64,000 nucleotides of DNA, from positions 147,686,001 through 147,750,000 of the forward strand of contig CM059431.1 in the NCBI GenBank assembly GCA_030390025.1, written 5' to 3'. Of this stretch, positions 48,386 through 59,828 are shown in pieces. The translations under genes and the position numbers were made by a program. Under the pieces are notes generated by a model, which was given only the letters and a program-made list of their open reading frames with translations, was not told the origin of the DNA and ran no database searches. Source of the stretch: Squalus acanthias. Its lineage: Eukaryota. Within the stretch, counting starts at the first letter, position 1, and every line of letters starts with the position of its first letter.

Positions 48386-48842
48386 AAAATTATTATTTTT
48401 TTAATGTATTTCTAGTTGTGTTTTTGGTTTTGACCAGGACAATTTTCTGCTCTTCTTGCCTTCACAGAAAACGTCACAGACGGTCAAAGATGTTCTTCCC
48501 TCTGGAATCAGATATTTCTATCATTCTCCACTCACCCTCGGCTCACTCGGGGTGACCTCCTGCTCCCTGGCTTCAAACTATTGCTCAGGAAGACAATCCT
48601 CTGAGTCACTGTCTCCATCCACCTTACAGTCCCCAATACCAGGGATCTATTGGACAGTTCCAGTACTCGGGGGCTCCCTCCACCTGTGACTGTGATGCCT
48701 GTCTCGATGGTCACTCACTTCCCTCTTTCTCATCAGCCCCTGTCCTGTTTCCTCGACCTGTGTGAGCTGGAGGTTCTTGCACGAGATCTGGACCCTTTGT
48801 CAGGTCAGAAATTATATTGTAAATAATATTCTGTGTTCTTAC

Positions 48843-48938
48843 CTGTGTCCATTCTCATTCGTGTTGAAGATGTTGGATCTTCTCCCCTGGTTGGACCTTC
48901 AGCCATGGCGGTGACAGGCGTTCCCAGATTATGATGCT
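48843..48938 (-). pseudogene. NLR first coding exon (MAEGPTRGEDPTSSTRMRMDT)
   Basis: Acceptor ttacag, strong Kozak context ACCGCCATGG (ATG at 48904-48906), donor gtaaga in phase 1. Confidence 0.7.
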
Positions 48939-50104
48939 CTGTAATAACTATATTAATAGGAAGGTAAGATAGAATATTAAAATGAGAAGGAGAGCGCTGC
49001 CTTGTTAAAGATGATTTCAAGCCCCTCCTCCCCCATTAGTACACCAGCTGTTAGCTCTGGGATCGAGCATTTCCCGAGTGTTACGATCAACTCTCCACAT
49101 CAGGTGTGACACAGACAGCTGCCCAGTGAAATCCAGTGAGTCCCGCTGATCCCCACAACCGAGTTCCAGACGGGCTCCCATCGGCCGAGACTCGCACATT
49201 GGTGAGATTTACTCACACAGTGCAGGCCAAAGGCAGCCTTATTCCGGAGGTAGAGAATATTCTGCAGGAAAATATGGAGCGAGTGATCATTGATGAATTC
49301 AATGATCCACCACTCGGTTTTACACAATGTGGTGCTATTGTATTTTTTATTCGAATATTTGTATTTATTAATTTTGATTAGAGTTTTGATATTAAATTCC
49401 GATAGTTTATGAATATGATTTCTATCCATACACAATATACAGCTAGGTGTGATTACTCTGGTCTCTATGGGCTGTGACATTGTCCGTGTGTACATGGAGA
49501 TGTGTCCTGGTTGGTGCTTCTATTTGAATATATTGACCATATCTCTCCTGGTGTCAGCACCTGACTAATGAGCACTGTAGGAGGTGAGGACATTTACCGC
49601 TGTATCACTAACATTAACACTAATGTATAATGTTGTGAGTCATGTAACTTTAAACAGTGAGGTGATGCACAGCATTGATTAGTGAAACATTTTCACAGGT
49701 TTTATCAATCTCAGGAATGGCCATGAATATACAAGTGGAAGATTTGCCTGCTGTTTTACAGTGAATATTCTCCACTTGTGCGCGTGTCTCGCTGTGTGTC
49801 CTCGCACGTGCGTCCAATCAAACTCTCAGTCAGCGTCCTTTCCTTTTCCCACTGGGGAAATGTAAAAGTGATTCAGTCTCAGATCAGAAATTTCTACAAA
49901 CTATAGTTGAAGTTATTCTCCGGCATTAAATTATAACCCAGTTTGAGATCTTGTAAGATTTAGTTATCTGCTGTGTCACTCACGCTGACACTGGTACAAT
50001 AAACACACAGCAACAACAACTTGTCCATCGAAACACATCGCAAGGCGCTTCACAGAAGCCAAGTACGACAAAAGATGGGCTCAGACTAAAGGGGGTAGAA
50101 GGAG

Positions 50105-51833
50105 ACCAATTAAATACATTTTTTGGTTCTGTCTTCACAAAGGAGGACACAAATAACCTACCGGAGATGTCAGGGAACATAGGATCTAATGAGAGGGAGG
50201 AACTGAAAGAAATCAGTATTTGTAGGGAAATGGTGTTAGGGAAATTGGCGGGATTGAAGGCCGATAAATCCCCAGGGCCTGATAATCTACATCCTAGGGT
50301 ACTTAAGGAAGTGGCCCTAGAAATAGTAGATGCATTGCTGATCATCTTCCAACATTCTATAGACTCTGGAACAGTTCCCATGGATTGGAGGGTAGCTAAT
50401 GTTACCCCACTATTCAAAAAAGGTGGTAGAGAGAAAATGGGGAAACCTGACATCGGTCGTGGGGAAAATGCTAGAGTCCATTATAAAAGATGGAATAGCA
50501 GAGCACTTGGAAAACAGTGACAGGATCGGACAAAGTCAACATGGATTTACAAAAGGTAAATCGCGCTTGGCTAATCTACTGGAATTTTTTGAGGATGTAA
50601 CTGGTAGAATAGATAAGGGAGAACCAGTGGATGTGGTGTATTTGGAATTTCAAAAGGCTTTCGATAAGGTCCCGCATAAGAGATTAGCGTGTAAAGTTAA
50701 GGCACATGGGATTGTGGGCAAGGTATTGACTTGGATAGAGAACTGGTTGGCAGACAGGAAGCAAAGAGTTGGAATAAACGGGTCATTTTCTGAGTGGCAG
50801 GCAGTGACTAGTGGGGTACCGCAGGGATCGGTCCTTGGACCCCAGCTATTCACAATATATATTCATGATCAAGACAAGGGATTAGATGTAATATCTCCAA
50901 GTTTGCAGATGACACAAAGCTGGGTGGGCGTGTGTGCTGTGAGGAGGATGCCAAGAAACTCCAGGATGATTTGGACAGGTTGGGTGATTGGGCAGAAGCA
51001 TGGCAGATGCAATATAACGTGGATAAATGCGAGGTTATCCACTTTGGTGTCAAAAACAGGAAGGCAGATTATTATCTGAATGGCAATAGACTGGGAGAAT
51101 GGGGAAGTGTAACGAGACCTGGGTGTCCTTGTGCACCAGTCGCTGAAGGTAAGCATGCAGGTGCAGCAGGCGGTTAAGAAGGCAAATGGTATGTTGGCCT
51201 TCGTAGCGAGAGGGTTTGATTATAGGAACAAGGATGTCTTGCTGCAGTTCTACAGGGCCTTGGTGAGACCACACCTTGAGTATTGTGTGCAGTTTCGGTC
51301 GCCTTATCTGAGGAAGGATGTTCTTGCCATGGAAGGAGTTCAGCGAAGATTCACCAGGCTGATACCTGGGATGGCAGAAATGGCGTATGAGGAGAGATTT
51401 GGTCGATTGGGCTTATACTCGCTGGAGTTTAGAAGAGTTAGAGGGGATCTCATTGAGACTTATAAAATTCTGAAAGGACTGGACAGACTAGATGCAGGCA
51501 GGATGTTCCCGGTGGTCGGGGAGTCCAGAACCAGGGGTCACAGTCTAAGGATAAGGGGTAAGCCATTTAGGACAGAAAGGAGGAGGAATTTCTTCACCCA
51601 GAGAGTAGTGAACCTGTGGAATTCTCTGCCACAGAAGGCAGTAGAGGCCAATTCATTAAATAGATTCATGAAGGAGTTGGATATATTTCTTAAGGCTAAA
51701 GGTATCAAGGGATATGGGGAGAAAGCAGGGACAGGGTACTGAATTTGGATGATCAGCCATGATCGCATTGAATGGCGGAGCAGGCTAGAGGGGCCGAATG
51801 GCCTACTCCTGCTCCTATCTTCTATGTTTCTAT
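50105..51833 (+). mobile_element. CR1 LINE, 5'-truncated RT and tail, inserted in an L2 relic (~50010-50100 and ~51834-52160)
   Basis: RT motifs, C-terminus EKAGTGY* and an ATGTTTCT tail. Confidence 0.93.
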
Positions 51834-52271
51834 GGTCAGAATGTTGGTCACAGCAGTGAGTTTCGGAGGGTTCTAAAGGAGGAGGGAGCTGGAGAGTTTT
51901 AGGTGGGGAATTGATGAGCATTGAGCCGGGACAGCCGAAGGCACAGTCTCCATAGATGGGGGTAGGAGAGGGGGAAATGCCACAAGAGGCCAGAGTCGGA
52001 GGAAGAGAGAGATCTTGGTGATGGGGGATTTAGGGCTGGAGGAGGTTACAGAGACAGGAAGAGATTTAAACAACGATGGGACTTTTAAATTGGGGACGCT
52101 CGGGGAACCGGGAGCCAATGTAGGTTCACAAGCACAGGGATGATGAGTGAGCAGGGCTTTGAAGCTATTTCTCACCCCGCAGTCGCAGCTACATATACCA
52201 CTGGCACTGCCATGCACCAAACTGGCCCAGCCCCACAACCCACTGTCCCAGCTCCGACACCAACACTGACC

Positions 52272-52471
52272 NNNNNNNNNNNNNNNNNNNNNNNNNNNNN
52301 NNNNNNNNNNNNNNNNNNNNNNNNNNNNNNNNNNNNNNNNNNNNNNNNNNNNNNNNNNNNNNNNNNNNNNNNNNNNNNNNNNNNNNNNNNNNNNNNNNNN
52401 NNNNNNNNNNNNNNNNNNNNNNNNNNNNNNNNNNNNNNNNNNNNNNNNNNNNNNNNNNNNNNNNNNNNNNN
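52272..52471. other. Assembly gap (200 N)
   Basis: Run of n. Confidence 1.
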
Positions 52472-53394
52472 GATCCAGGAAGCTAAAGCCCTCCCTCATG
52501 CACCAACATTTCTAATTAAACATTTACAGTGTTTCCCTGAATACTCCTTTATTCTAATTCTAATTTCGCTGCCCGTGTTCCCCTGAACTCCCCTGTTCTC
52601 TAGTTTTAATATGAAGATTAGGAAGGAAGCCTGTTCCATAGATAGACAGTCGCTCATTGAAATAATGTTTCCAGAGATTAGTTTTGAATTTACTTCTTCA
52701 ATCTCAGGCCGTGTCCTCTGGTTCCCCTGTTGTGGACAAGGTGAAACAGCTCATCATGGTCCACCTTATCTTAGTGGATTAAGAACAGTGTCTCGCCTAC
52801 ATTCAGGTCCCGGATATTCCTGTAACCTTTGTATGTTTGTCATAGGATCGTTAATACGAAAAGTATAATTAAACTGTTGGTGTTGGGGTCAACTACAATT
52901 CAACAGTTTCAGTGTTTTACATTATATTTTAATTCAGAATCTAACAGCCTATGTGTTCGGCCTCTATATCATCCAAAGCAGACTTGTCCTGTTACTAAAA
53001 TTTCACGATGAAATCTCACTTACAAACATTCTACTTCACTACAAAGTCGCTAAAAAATAAACGCTGTGAGTGTCCCGCATGATCCCATTGGATTTACTGA
53101 GGTCCGAACCGCCAGTAAAGTCCGCACCTACCTGGTGCCTCCGTACCTTCGAAGACTCGCGCTCCTGGGTCTGCAGGCCTACGCCTGAGTAAAGGCACAC
53201 ATATCCCAGGAGCACATGCGGTTCATAACCGTCCCTGGGATCATGTGGGCCGGCACAACCAATCACAAAGGGGGGTCGCTATTTCTAATATCAGTTGCCA
53301 TATTCCACTGTCCTCAGAAAAAATCATTCTTTAACACAATGTTTTTAGAAAAAACACTGACTTATCTTTCTGAGGTCCAAAGTGGATGATCAGA

Positions 53395-53780
53395 AGCTTC
53401 ACCACATTGGAATCCATTATTCACAGTTTTGCCCACTCACACAATCCATCAATGTCCTTTTACAATTCACTGCTCCCACCTACACTGCTTACTGTGCTCC
53501 CAACTTAGTAACATCAGTAAACTTGGAAATCCGGTTCTCTATTCCTTCATCTAAGTCATTTATCAATATAGTGAAAATCTGAGGCCGCAGTACAGATCCC
53601 AGGGGACACCACGAGTCACATCCTGCCAATTGGAGCACATACCCATTATCCATACTCTGTGCCTCCTACCTCCTAGCCAATTCCCTACCCGTGTCAATAC
53701 GTTGCCTCAAATTCCACGCGCTTTGGTTTTTTCTAACAGTCTCCTGTGAGAAACCTTATCAAATGCCTGCTGGATGTCGT
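53395..53780 (-). mobile_element. Decayed CR1 RT fragment
   Basis: The minus strand shows relics of AFDKVSH, VTRGVP.GSVL and FTIxINDLDEG. Confidence 0.7.
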
Positions 53781-54721
53781 TATATTAAATCTAGTATATC
53801 CCTCCGGGTGTTTTAGTTTTCGTATTCTCTATGTCTCTATTAGTTTTTCCTTTCCTCTACTTTGAAGACCGATACAATGCAATTATTTAACATGTCTGCA
53901 ATTTCTTTATTTTCAACTACAAAGTCGCCTGCGTCGGTTTTTAAGCTGCCCGCATTATCCTGAGCCTCTCTGTGAGACCGTGAATAATTATGTTAATGTC
54001 CATCATTTTTTTGCAGATTGAACGAAATGCCCATATATTTGACGAGTGACAGTGAAAATGAAATAGCTTTTCTGCTCTGCATGTCCTGAACATTTAACCT
54101 TCCCGTTTTGTGCAATGTATTTTAAGAGTTTGGTTTAAAATATTCAGTGCGTATGAAACCTGGAATCTGCTGCAGCCGTTGTTAAATTTAAAAGGATTGT
54201 AGCCCCTTTCACACGAGAAGAAACGTTCATGAGCAGCAAGTTCCCACAGATTGTTTCCGCCCGGTGTTTCCCCATTGAGGCCCAAAGAAAGTTTCCCTCA
54301 CTCCGGTATCTGTAAATGCTGCTAGAAGGCTGAGTGACCCGGATATAATCGCCTCGCCTTTTCGGAAGCCTGTGCAGAGTGTACGGGGAGATTTGGCCCG
54401 GGCCGTGGCAGCTTGCATTCCAGGGATGGGCAGTAACCCGCTGATTAAGGCTGCATTCGCCGCTGTCCGCTGGTGATTGGAGAGTGCGGGACTGGAATGT
54501 TGCTGCTTGTCCCGGCCTCACTCAGTCTGGAGCGCGGGAAGAGCGAATCATTGATGGGTTTGTTCCCGGGTTTGAAATGCGACTTAGAACTGCTGTTGTT
54601 GACCGAGGCAGCGCTGCAGGATCTTTGAATCACAATTCAACTGATATCAGCCGGAATTTGCAGCTTTGAGAGCGGCTTTCTGCACCGTCTGTACTGTTGA
54701 CGGCAGCGAGTGAGAGAGCAT

Positions 54722-55292
54722 CGGAACATAGGAACAGGAGGAGGCCATTCAGCCCCTTGAGCCTGTTACGCCATTCCAAGAGATCAAAGCTGATCTGCGA
54801 CCTAACTCTATACTTCCGCCTTTCATATCTCTTCATACCTTTAGTTAACAAAAAATTATCAATCTCAGATTTAAACTTTACAATTGATCGAGCATCAATT
54901 GCCATTTCCGGAAGAGAGTTCCAAAATTCTACCACCCTTTGTGTGTAGAAGTGTGTTCTAATTTCACTCTTGAAATGTCTCTCTAATTTTTAGACTATGC
55001 CCCCTACTCCTAGAATCCCCAAATAGCAAAAATAGTTTCTCGCTATCTACGTTATCTGTTCCCCTTAATATCTTGAAAAATTCGTTCAGGTACCCCTTAA
55101 CCTTCTAATCTCCAGTGAATACAATCCTAATTTGTTTAATCTCTCCTTGTAACTTAACCCTTGAAGTCCGGGTATAATTCTGGTAACCTACGCTGCACTC
55201 CCTCCCAGGCCAATATATCCTTCCTAAGGTGTAGTGCCCAGAACTGTTCACAGTACTCCAGGTATGGTCTAACTTGGATTTCTATAGTTGCA
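54722..55292 (-). mobile_element. CR1 3' end fragment
   Basis: Translates to VVEFWNSLP and has a GGGGCTGAATGGCCTCCTCCTGTTCCTATGTT tail. Confidence 0.85.
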
Positions 55293-55462
55293 GTGACAGT
55301 GCATACAGAGATACAGAGACACTGTAGAGTTTGAATGTGTACAGAACCGAACTGAGAAACAGCAAATATAACACAGCTGAGAGATGTTGTATTTTGTTAA
55401 TATCGAAACACAAATGTGAATTATTCTATTTTCCTAATATGTCATTGAACAAATTCTCAAAA

Positions 55463-55535
55463 TATTTCTGTCCAGTTCCGAAACAGAGATATTTCCTGTG
55501 TTAAGCAAACCTGATAACCAGTGCACTACGGAAAT
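55463..55535 (-). pseudogene. tRNA-Val(AAC) pseudogene
   Basis: The 73-nt minus-strand sequence ATTTCCGTAGTGCACTGGTTATCAGGTTTGCTTAACACAGGAAATATCTCTGTTTCGGAACTGGACAGAAATA is colinear with vertebrate tRNA-Val-AAC but has many substitutions. Confidence 0.75.
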
Positions 55536-55664
55536 ACGGCAGCAAGAATGATTTTAGGAACATAACCAGCCGTGCTGCACTTCAGAAATTATTTTTGCAG
55601 AAATAGAATTTTGGTGCTCTATTGAGGAAGGCTGTAGAGAATGGCAGAAATTGATCTGTTAGTA

Positions 55665-55820
55665 GAATCATAGAATGACACAGCACAGAAGGAGGCAATT
55701 CACCCATCCTGCCTGTGCCGGCTCTTGGAAAGAGTTCTACAATTAATTCTACTCACCTGCTCTTTCCCCACAGCCCTGCACATTTAACCCTTTCAATAAT
55801 TATCCAATTCCATTTTGAAA
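55665..55820 (-). mobile_element. CR1 tail fragment
   Basis: TAGAATCATAGAATGACACAGCACAGAAGGAGGC... is the reverse complement of a CR1 3' tail. Confidence 0.7.
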
Positions 55821-56084
55821 ACTGAGAGTTTGGAAGAACAATATTCTCAGAGGTGCTGGAGCCTCTGCAGTGTCGATGCACAGTGTGTGGTGACTGACGA
55901 AGTTTCCTGATCCAATTACACTAAAACTGGATACCGGGATTGTTATACAGTTTCTTAAAAAAAATAATTTGTGGAATTGATTTCAAATCGAAATTTTTAA
56001 ACAGTTTATTCCGGTCAGACGAGTTCTTATTTGCCAAGTTGGTATATACAATGCAATCACACGAGCTGTATAATCGGTTACAGA

Positions 56085-56380
56085 GAAAGTTATACAAAGG
56101 GGCGAAAGTGTTGCTACAGCTGTACAAAGTCCTGGTTAGACCACCTCTGGAGGACTCTGTACAGTTCTGGGCACCGCACCTCAGAATGGTTTGACATTGG
56201 CCTCGGAAGCAGTGCAGCACAGATTCACCAGAATGTTTCCAGGGTCCAATGGTTAGATTATTAGGCGAGATTACATAAACTAAGCTTGTATTCCTTCGAA
56301 TATAGAAGGTTAAGCGCTGATTTCATTGAGGTTTTTAGAATTATGAACGGAATTAATAGGGTTAAACTAGAGAAACGTGT
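56085..56380 (+). mobile_element. Decayed CR1 3' ORF2 fragment
   Basis: Translates to VLLQLYKVLVRPPLEDSVQFWAPHL. Confidence 0.75.
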
Positions 56381-57651
56381 TTTTGACTTGATCAGTGTGC
56401 ACAGGACCCTTACTTAGAAAAATGATCGATAACTTTCAATGACGTTGGAGTATTTTTGTTTTCCTATTCTGCAAATTCTGTCATCAATCTACCCGCTGAA
56501 AGGGTCTGGTAGCACAGGTGTTGAACAAACTCCATGTGTCATTATACAAGTCAGTTGCTTTACACGTGGTGCGTTGTGCTCTCATCTTGAAATGCGAGTC
56601 TCTTCAATATCAAATACAAACTGAATTGCAAACTTGAAGGACAAGCATAGGAATACAAGTCACTAGTAAACACACATCACATGCTGCTCATTTTCAAAGT
56701 CATAGCAGTCAGCTTTTATATAAAGTGAAATAAATGTGCATTGATAAGATTTGTGTCGGCGTCAGCTTTAGCTCATTATATTATACAAATATGGAACTAT
56801 TAATAGGGTTTACCCAAACTGTTCAAAGCCTTCGGTTTTAAGGAGGGTCTGAAAGGAGCTGAGGGAGGGGTAAAGGTGGAAGTGTTTCGGCAGGGTGTTC
56901 CAGAGCATGACGCCTCAACAAATATTGCATCATGTTCGCATGTGCCTGCTGTCAGACCGCAGTGTTTTACAACATTTTATATTGAAAAAATACAGTTATT
57001 AGATGCAGCTAAATTATCACTAAAATGTTCCAGCGTGTTTTAAATTGTTTTCCCTAATACCAGCTGTAGAATAGCCACACATTCAATGTAGCCTCACACG
57101 GTGCGGTGGCGTGTTCCAGTTCTATATATGGAGATACAGAATCAATTTCCATCAGTTTATTTGAACCCAATAACTTAATGGGCCAGAAATTGATCTCGCT
57201 CTGTTCCCGCGGGGGTAAGGAGCAGGCGCGGTAATACATACCGCGTCTGCCGTTTCGATTTCTCCACGGAGGAACTTCATCTTGTTTGTGCTTGAGTGCA
57301 GGGCAGCGTACGACGTCACACTGCCCTGCAGCGCAGCGTGCGCGTTGCATCGCGTGCGAAGTGGAGTGAAGACACGCACATTAAGGTCTCTTTTCTATAG
57401 GCCACGCCCCCAATTTTTTTCTCAATTGAATGCATTTCTCCCAGCAGCTGAAGACACAATTCTATCAGTGTTCAACGTGGAATTTACAGTAAGTTAGATT
57501 TAAATGCATGGTTTGAAAAGTTTTAAAGATTTTTAGTTTAATTTGAGTAATTTTAAACATTTGCAAAGAGATTTAAAGTAATTTAAATATTTTTAAATGC
57601 CCAGAAATCATTTTTATCATTGATTTTACTGTTTATAATCAGCAAACGGAA

Positions 57652-59277
57652 ATGGCTGCTATCAGCAATATCCAATTTATCAAAAGAACACATAATTTCA
57701 GTGATGATGATCTCCGTTCACTTATTGACGAGGTAGAAGAGAAGCGATTACGGATAATTGGAAATGAGAAGTCCAAGCCGCCTCGAAAAGGCCAAATGGC
57801 AGCGTGGAAAGAGGTTGCTCAAAGTGTGACCGCAACCTCGACCATTCCTCGTACAGCTGAGCAATGTCGCAAAAAGTTCAGCGATTTATTTCGAACGCTC
57901 AAGGTTTGTATACTTATAACCAAAGTCAATGTTAAAATGTCTTTACATTTAAAATGAAAAACTTTGAAACAGTGTTTGTTTGCTAAGCTGAGTTAACTGA
58001 AGTCACAAGATGCTCCCATACATTTTTATGACTTTTGTAGCCAGGCAAGTCTCATAAAATGCTAAGGTCATCTTGATTGCAATGCTTTGAGTTGCTTACT
58101 GAGTTAACTGTGTGAGTGCCAATGCAGTTTTGGTGTAAAAACCCTTACATTTCAGATTTTCATTTTCAATTTTAGAGTAAAACTGCTCACAACGCCAGAG
58201 AACGTTCACTGACAGGCGGTGGTGTTGTCACGTTAAGGGCTTTAACCGAACATGAGGAAAGGCTCGAGCATATGTTTGGATATCTTCGCGGATGTCCCTT
58301 TGAATTTGAAAGAATCGACACAGGTGATGTGTGCTGAATATCAGCTTCTGTGATGTGGCACATCATGCTTTACCTTTGCTAATCTTTACTGTTTCCTTTA
58401 CATAGGTTTACAGCATACTTCTCAGTCACGGGATGAGCAGTGCGTTGAGTCTGCAGCCGAAGAGGTCATTGGTGAAGGGCATGTTGAGCCAGTGGGAGAT
58501 GCGAGTGAGTTGGTGGTGGAGGAGCAGCAAGAGGAAATTGTTGCTGAATTTAAGATGGAGGTTCTGGAATTTGGGTTGCAGGAGAGGTCCTCTCAATCTT
58601 CCTCACCAACTCCTGGCCCCTCTGGCTCTGTGCCAAACAGACAGCAGCTTGATACTACAGTGCATGTGGGAGACACAGATGTATATGCAGCAGAACAGGA
58701 GATACAGGGTCACATCCACCATCTTGAAGGCTTGAGTCAATCGAAGTCTTCTCTTACAGAGAAAGAAGTTGATTGTCTTGCCTCGGTCAAGCAGGGAGTG
58801 GAATGTCTGTGCATGTCATTTAATGAAATGAATGATCATATCATAGCTCAGAATCAGGGAATGGAGCTTAAGAAAATAAATTAGTCTCTTGTCGGACTGT
58901 TGCAGAAACCCGATTTGAGAGTGGATCTTAGGGAAATAAATGAGTCTGTTGTCGGACTGTTGCAGAAACCCGATTTGGGAGTGGATCTTAGGACAATAAA
59001 TGAGTCTCTTGTTGGACTCATTCAAATAATTTCTGCTGCCATTACTGTGACTCCCTCAGAACCAACCTTACCTGCTCCCAGCGCAGAATCAGTGCAGTTC
59101 CTAGAGCCACCTACTCCGCCTACGATGATGCAATCAAACATTGCCTTGCAGCAGCAGCAGCAGCAACAACCCTGTCAGGAGGCAATTGCTGAAGGGCAAG
59201 AGACGGCAAGCAGGGCCGTTTCAAGTCGCAGCACCGGGCAACGGTCACGGGGAGCGGGAAAGCGCAAGAGACAGTAG
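57652..59277 (+). CDS. Harbinger Myb/SANT-like DNA-binding protein; exons 57652-57903, 58176-58323, 58406-59277; one premature TAG at 58882-58884
   Basis: NFSDDDLRSLIDEV...AWKEVAQSV...RTAEQCRKKFSDL; exon 2 reads SKTAHNARERSLTGGG. GT-AG introns keep the frame. The C-terminal GKRKRQ is NLS-like. Confidence 0.82.
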
Positions 59278-59828
59278 GGTGTTGCATGTTCCACAATGCA
59301 CATCCATTGACCCTCAGGAATAGTTTATTTGTGGTTACATTTTTCAATTGTTTAATTTTTCGTTTTATTTAAAACTTACATGTTTTCAATTTTTTAAATT
59401 TATATATATATTTGACACTGAAACTGAAAGTTAGCTTTTCATTGAAAAAGTACAGCCTCTATTCTCTTTTTAAAAATTCAAATTGTTTATTTGCACAAAA
59501 AAATTGAACATTAAAACTTTTTAACATTTAGTAAAGAGTTATTTTCCATCTTGAATGTCTTTACTGCATTAACGAAGCAAAAAAGTAAGTCAGAACTGTT
59601 AACACATTTTTTTAAACCTATTTCTGTTTACGATTGTTTACAAAGTTGAAAAGTAGCTAGTTAACATTGAAAAGTTATAAACTATGTAAATCAACAATGA
59701 ACCTCAGAAGTCTATAATGCTGCAATAAACGAGCACTGTTTCACTTTAAATTGTGTCTGTACCTTTATTTGCCTTGCTGGTGGAGAGGGAGAGGGAGGGG
59801 GAGGGGGAGGGGGTGGTACAAGGCGACA

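Larger units (their letters stand above)
10109..48938 (-). pseudogene. NACHT-LRR (NLRC3/NLRP-like, chondrichthyan-type NLR) pseudogene. Coding exons: 48843-48906, 45182-45348, 34370-36106, 15375-15461, 11322-11492, 11011-11181, 10696-10866, 10387-10554, 10109-10214
   Basis: GT-AG boundaries with matching phases were read for each exon, except the exon 2 to NACHT join. Walker A is GVPGIGKTT and Walker B is LLFIFDGLDE. The 171-bp LRR exons are ribonuclease-inhibitor-like. Lesions: TGA at 36000-36002, a 1-bp frameshift at ~34952 and TGA at 11070-11072. Confidence 0.9.

Noticed and set aside
51873..52586. ORFs spanning the N run
   Set aside because: Artefacts of the assembly gap.
54230..54720. 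CpG-containing stretch as a gene promoter or exon
   Set aside because: No recognisable protein similarity or convincing splice structure by eye; left unannotated.
55893..55930. Additional hammerhead at CTGACGAAG
   Set aside because: No stem II or downstream GAAA core.
57090..57125. 7SL/Alu-like 5' end (GGTGCGGTGGCGTGT)
   Set aside because: Only a ~15-nt resemblance with no continuation.
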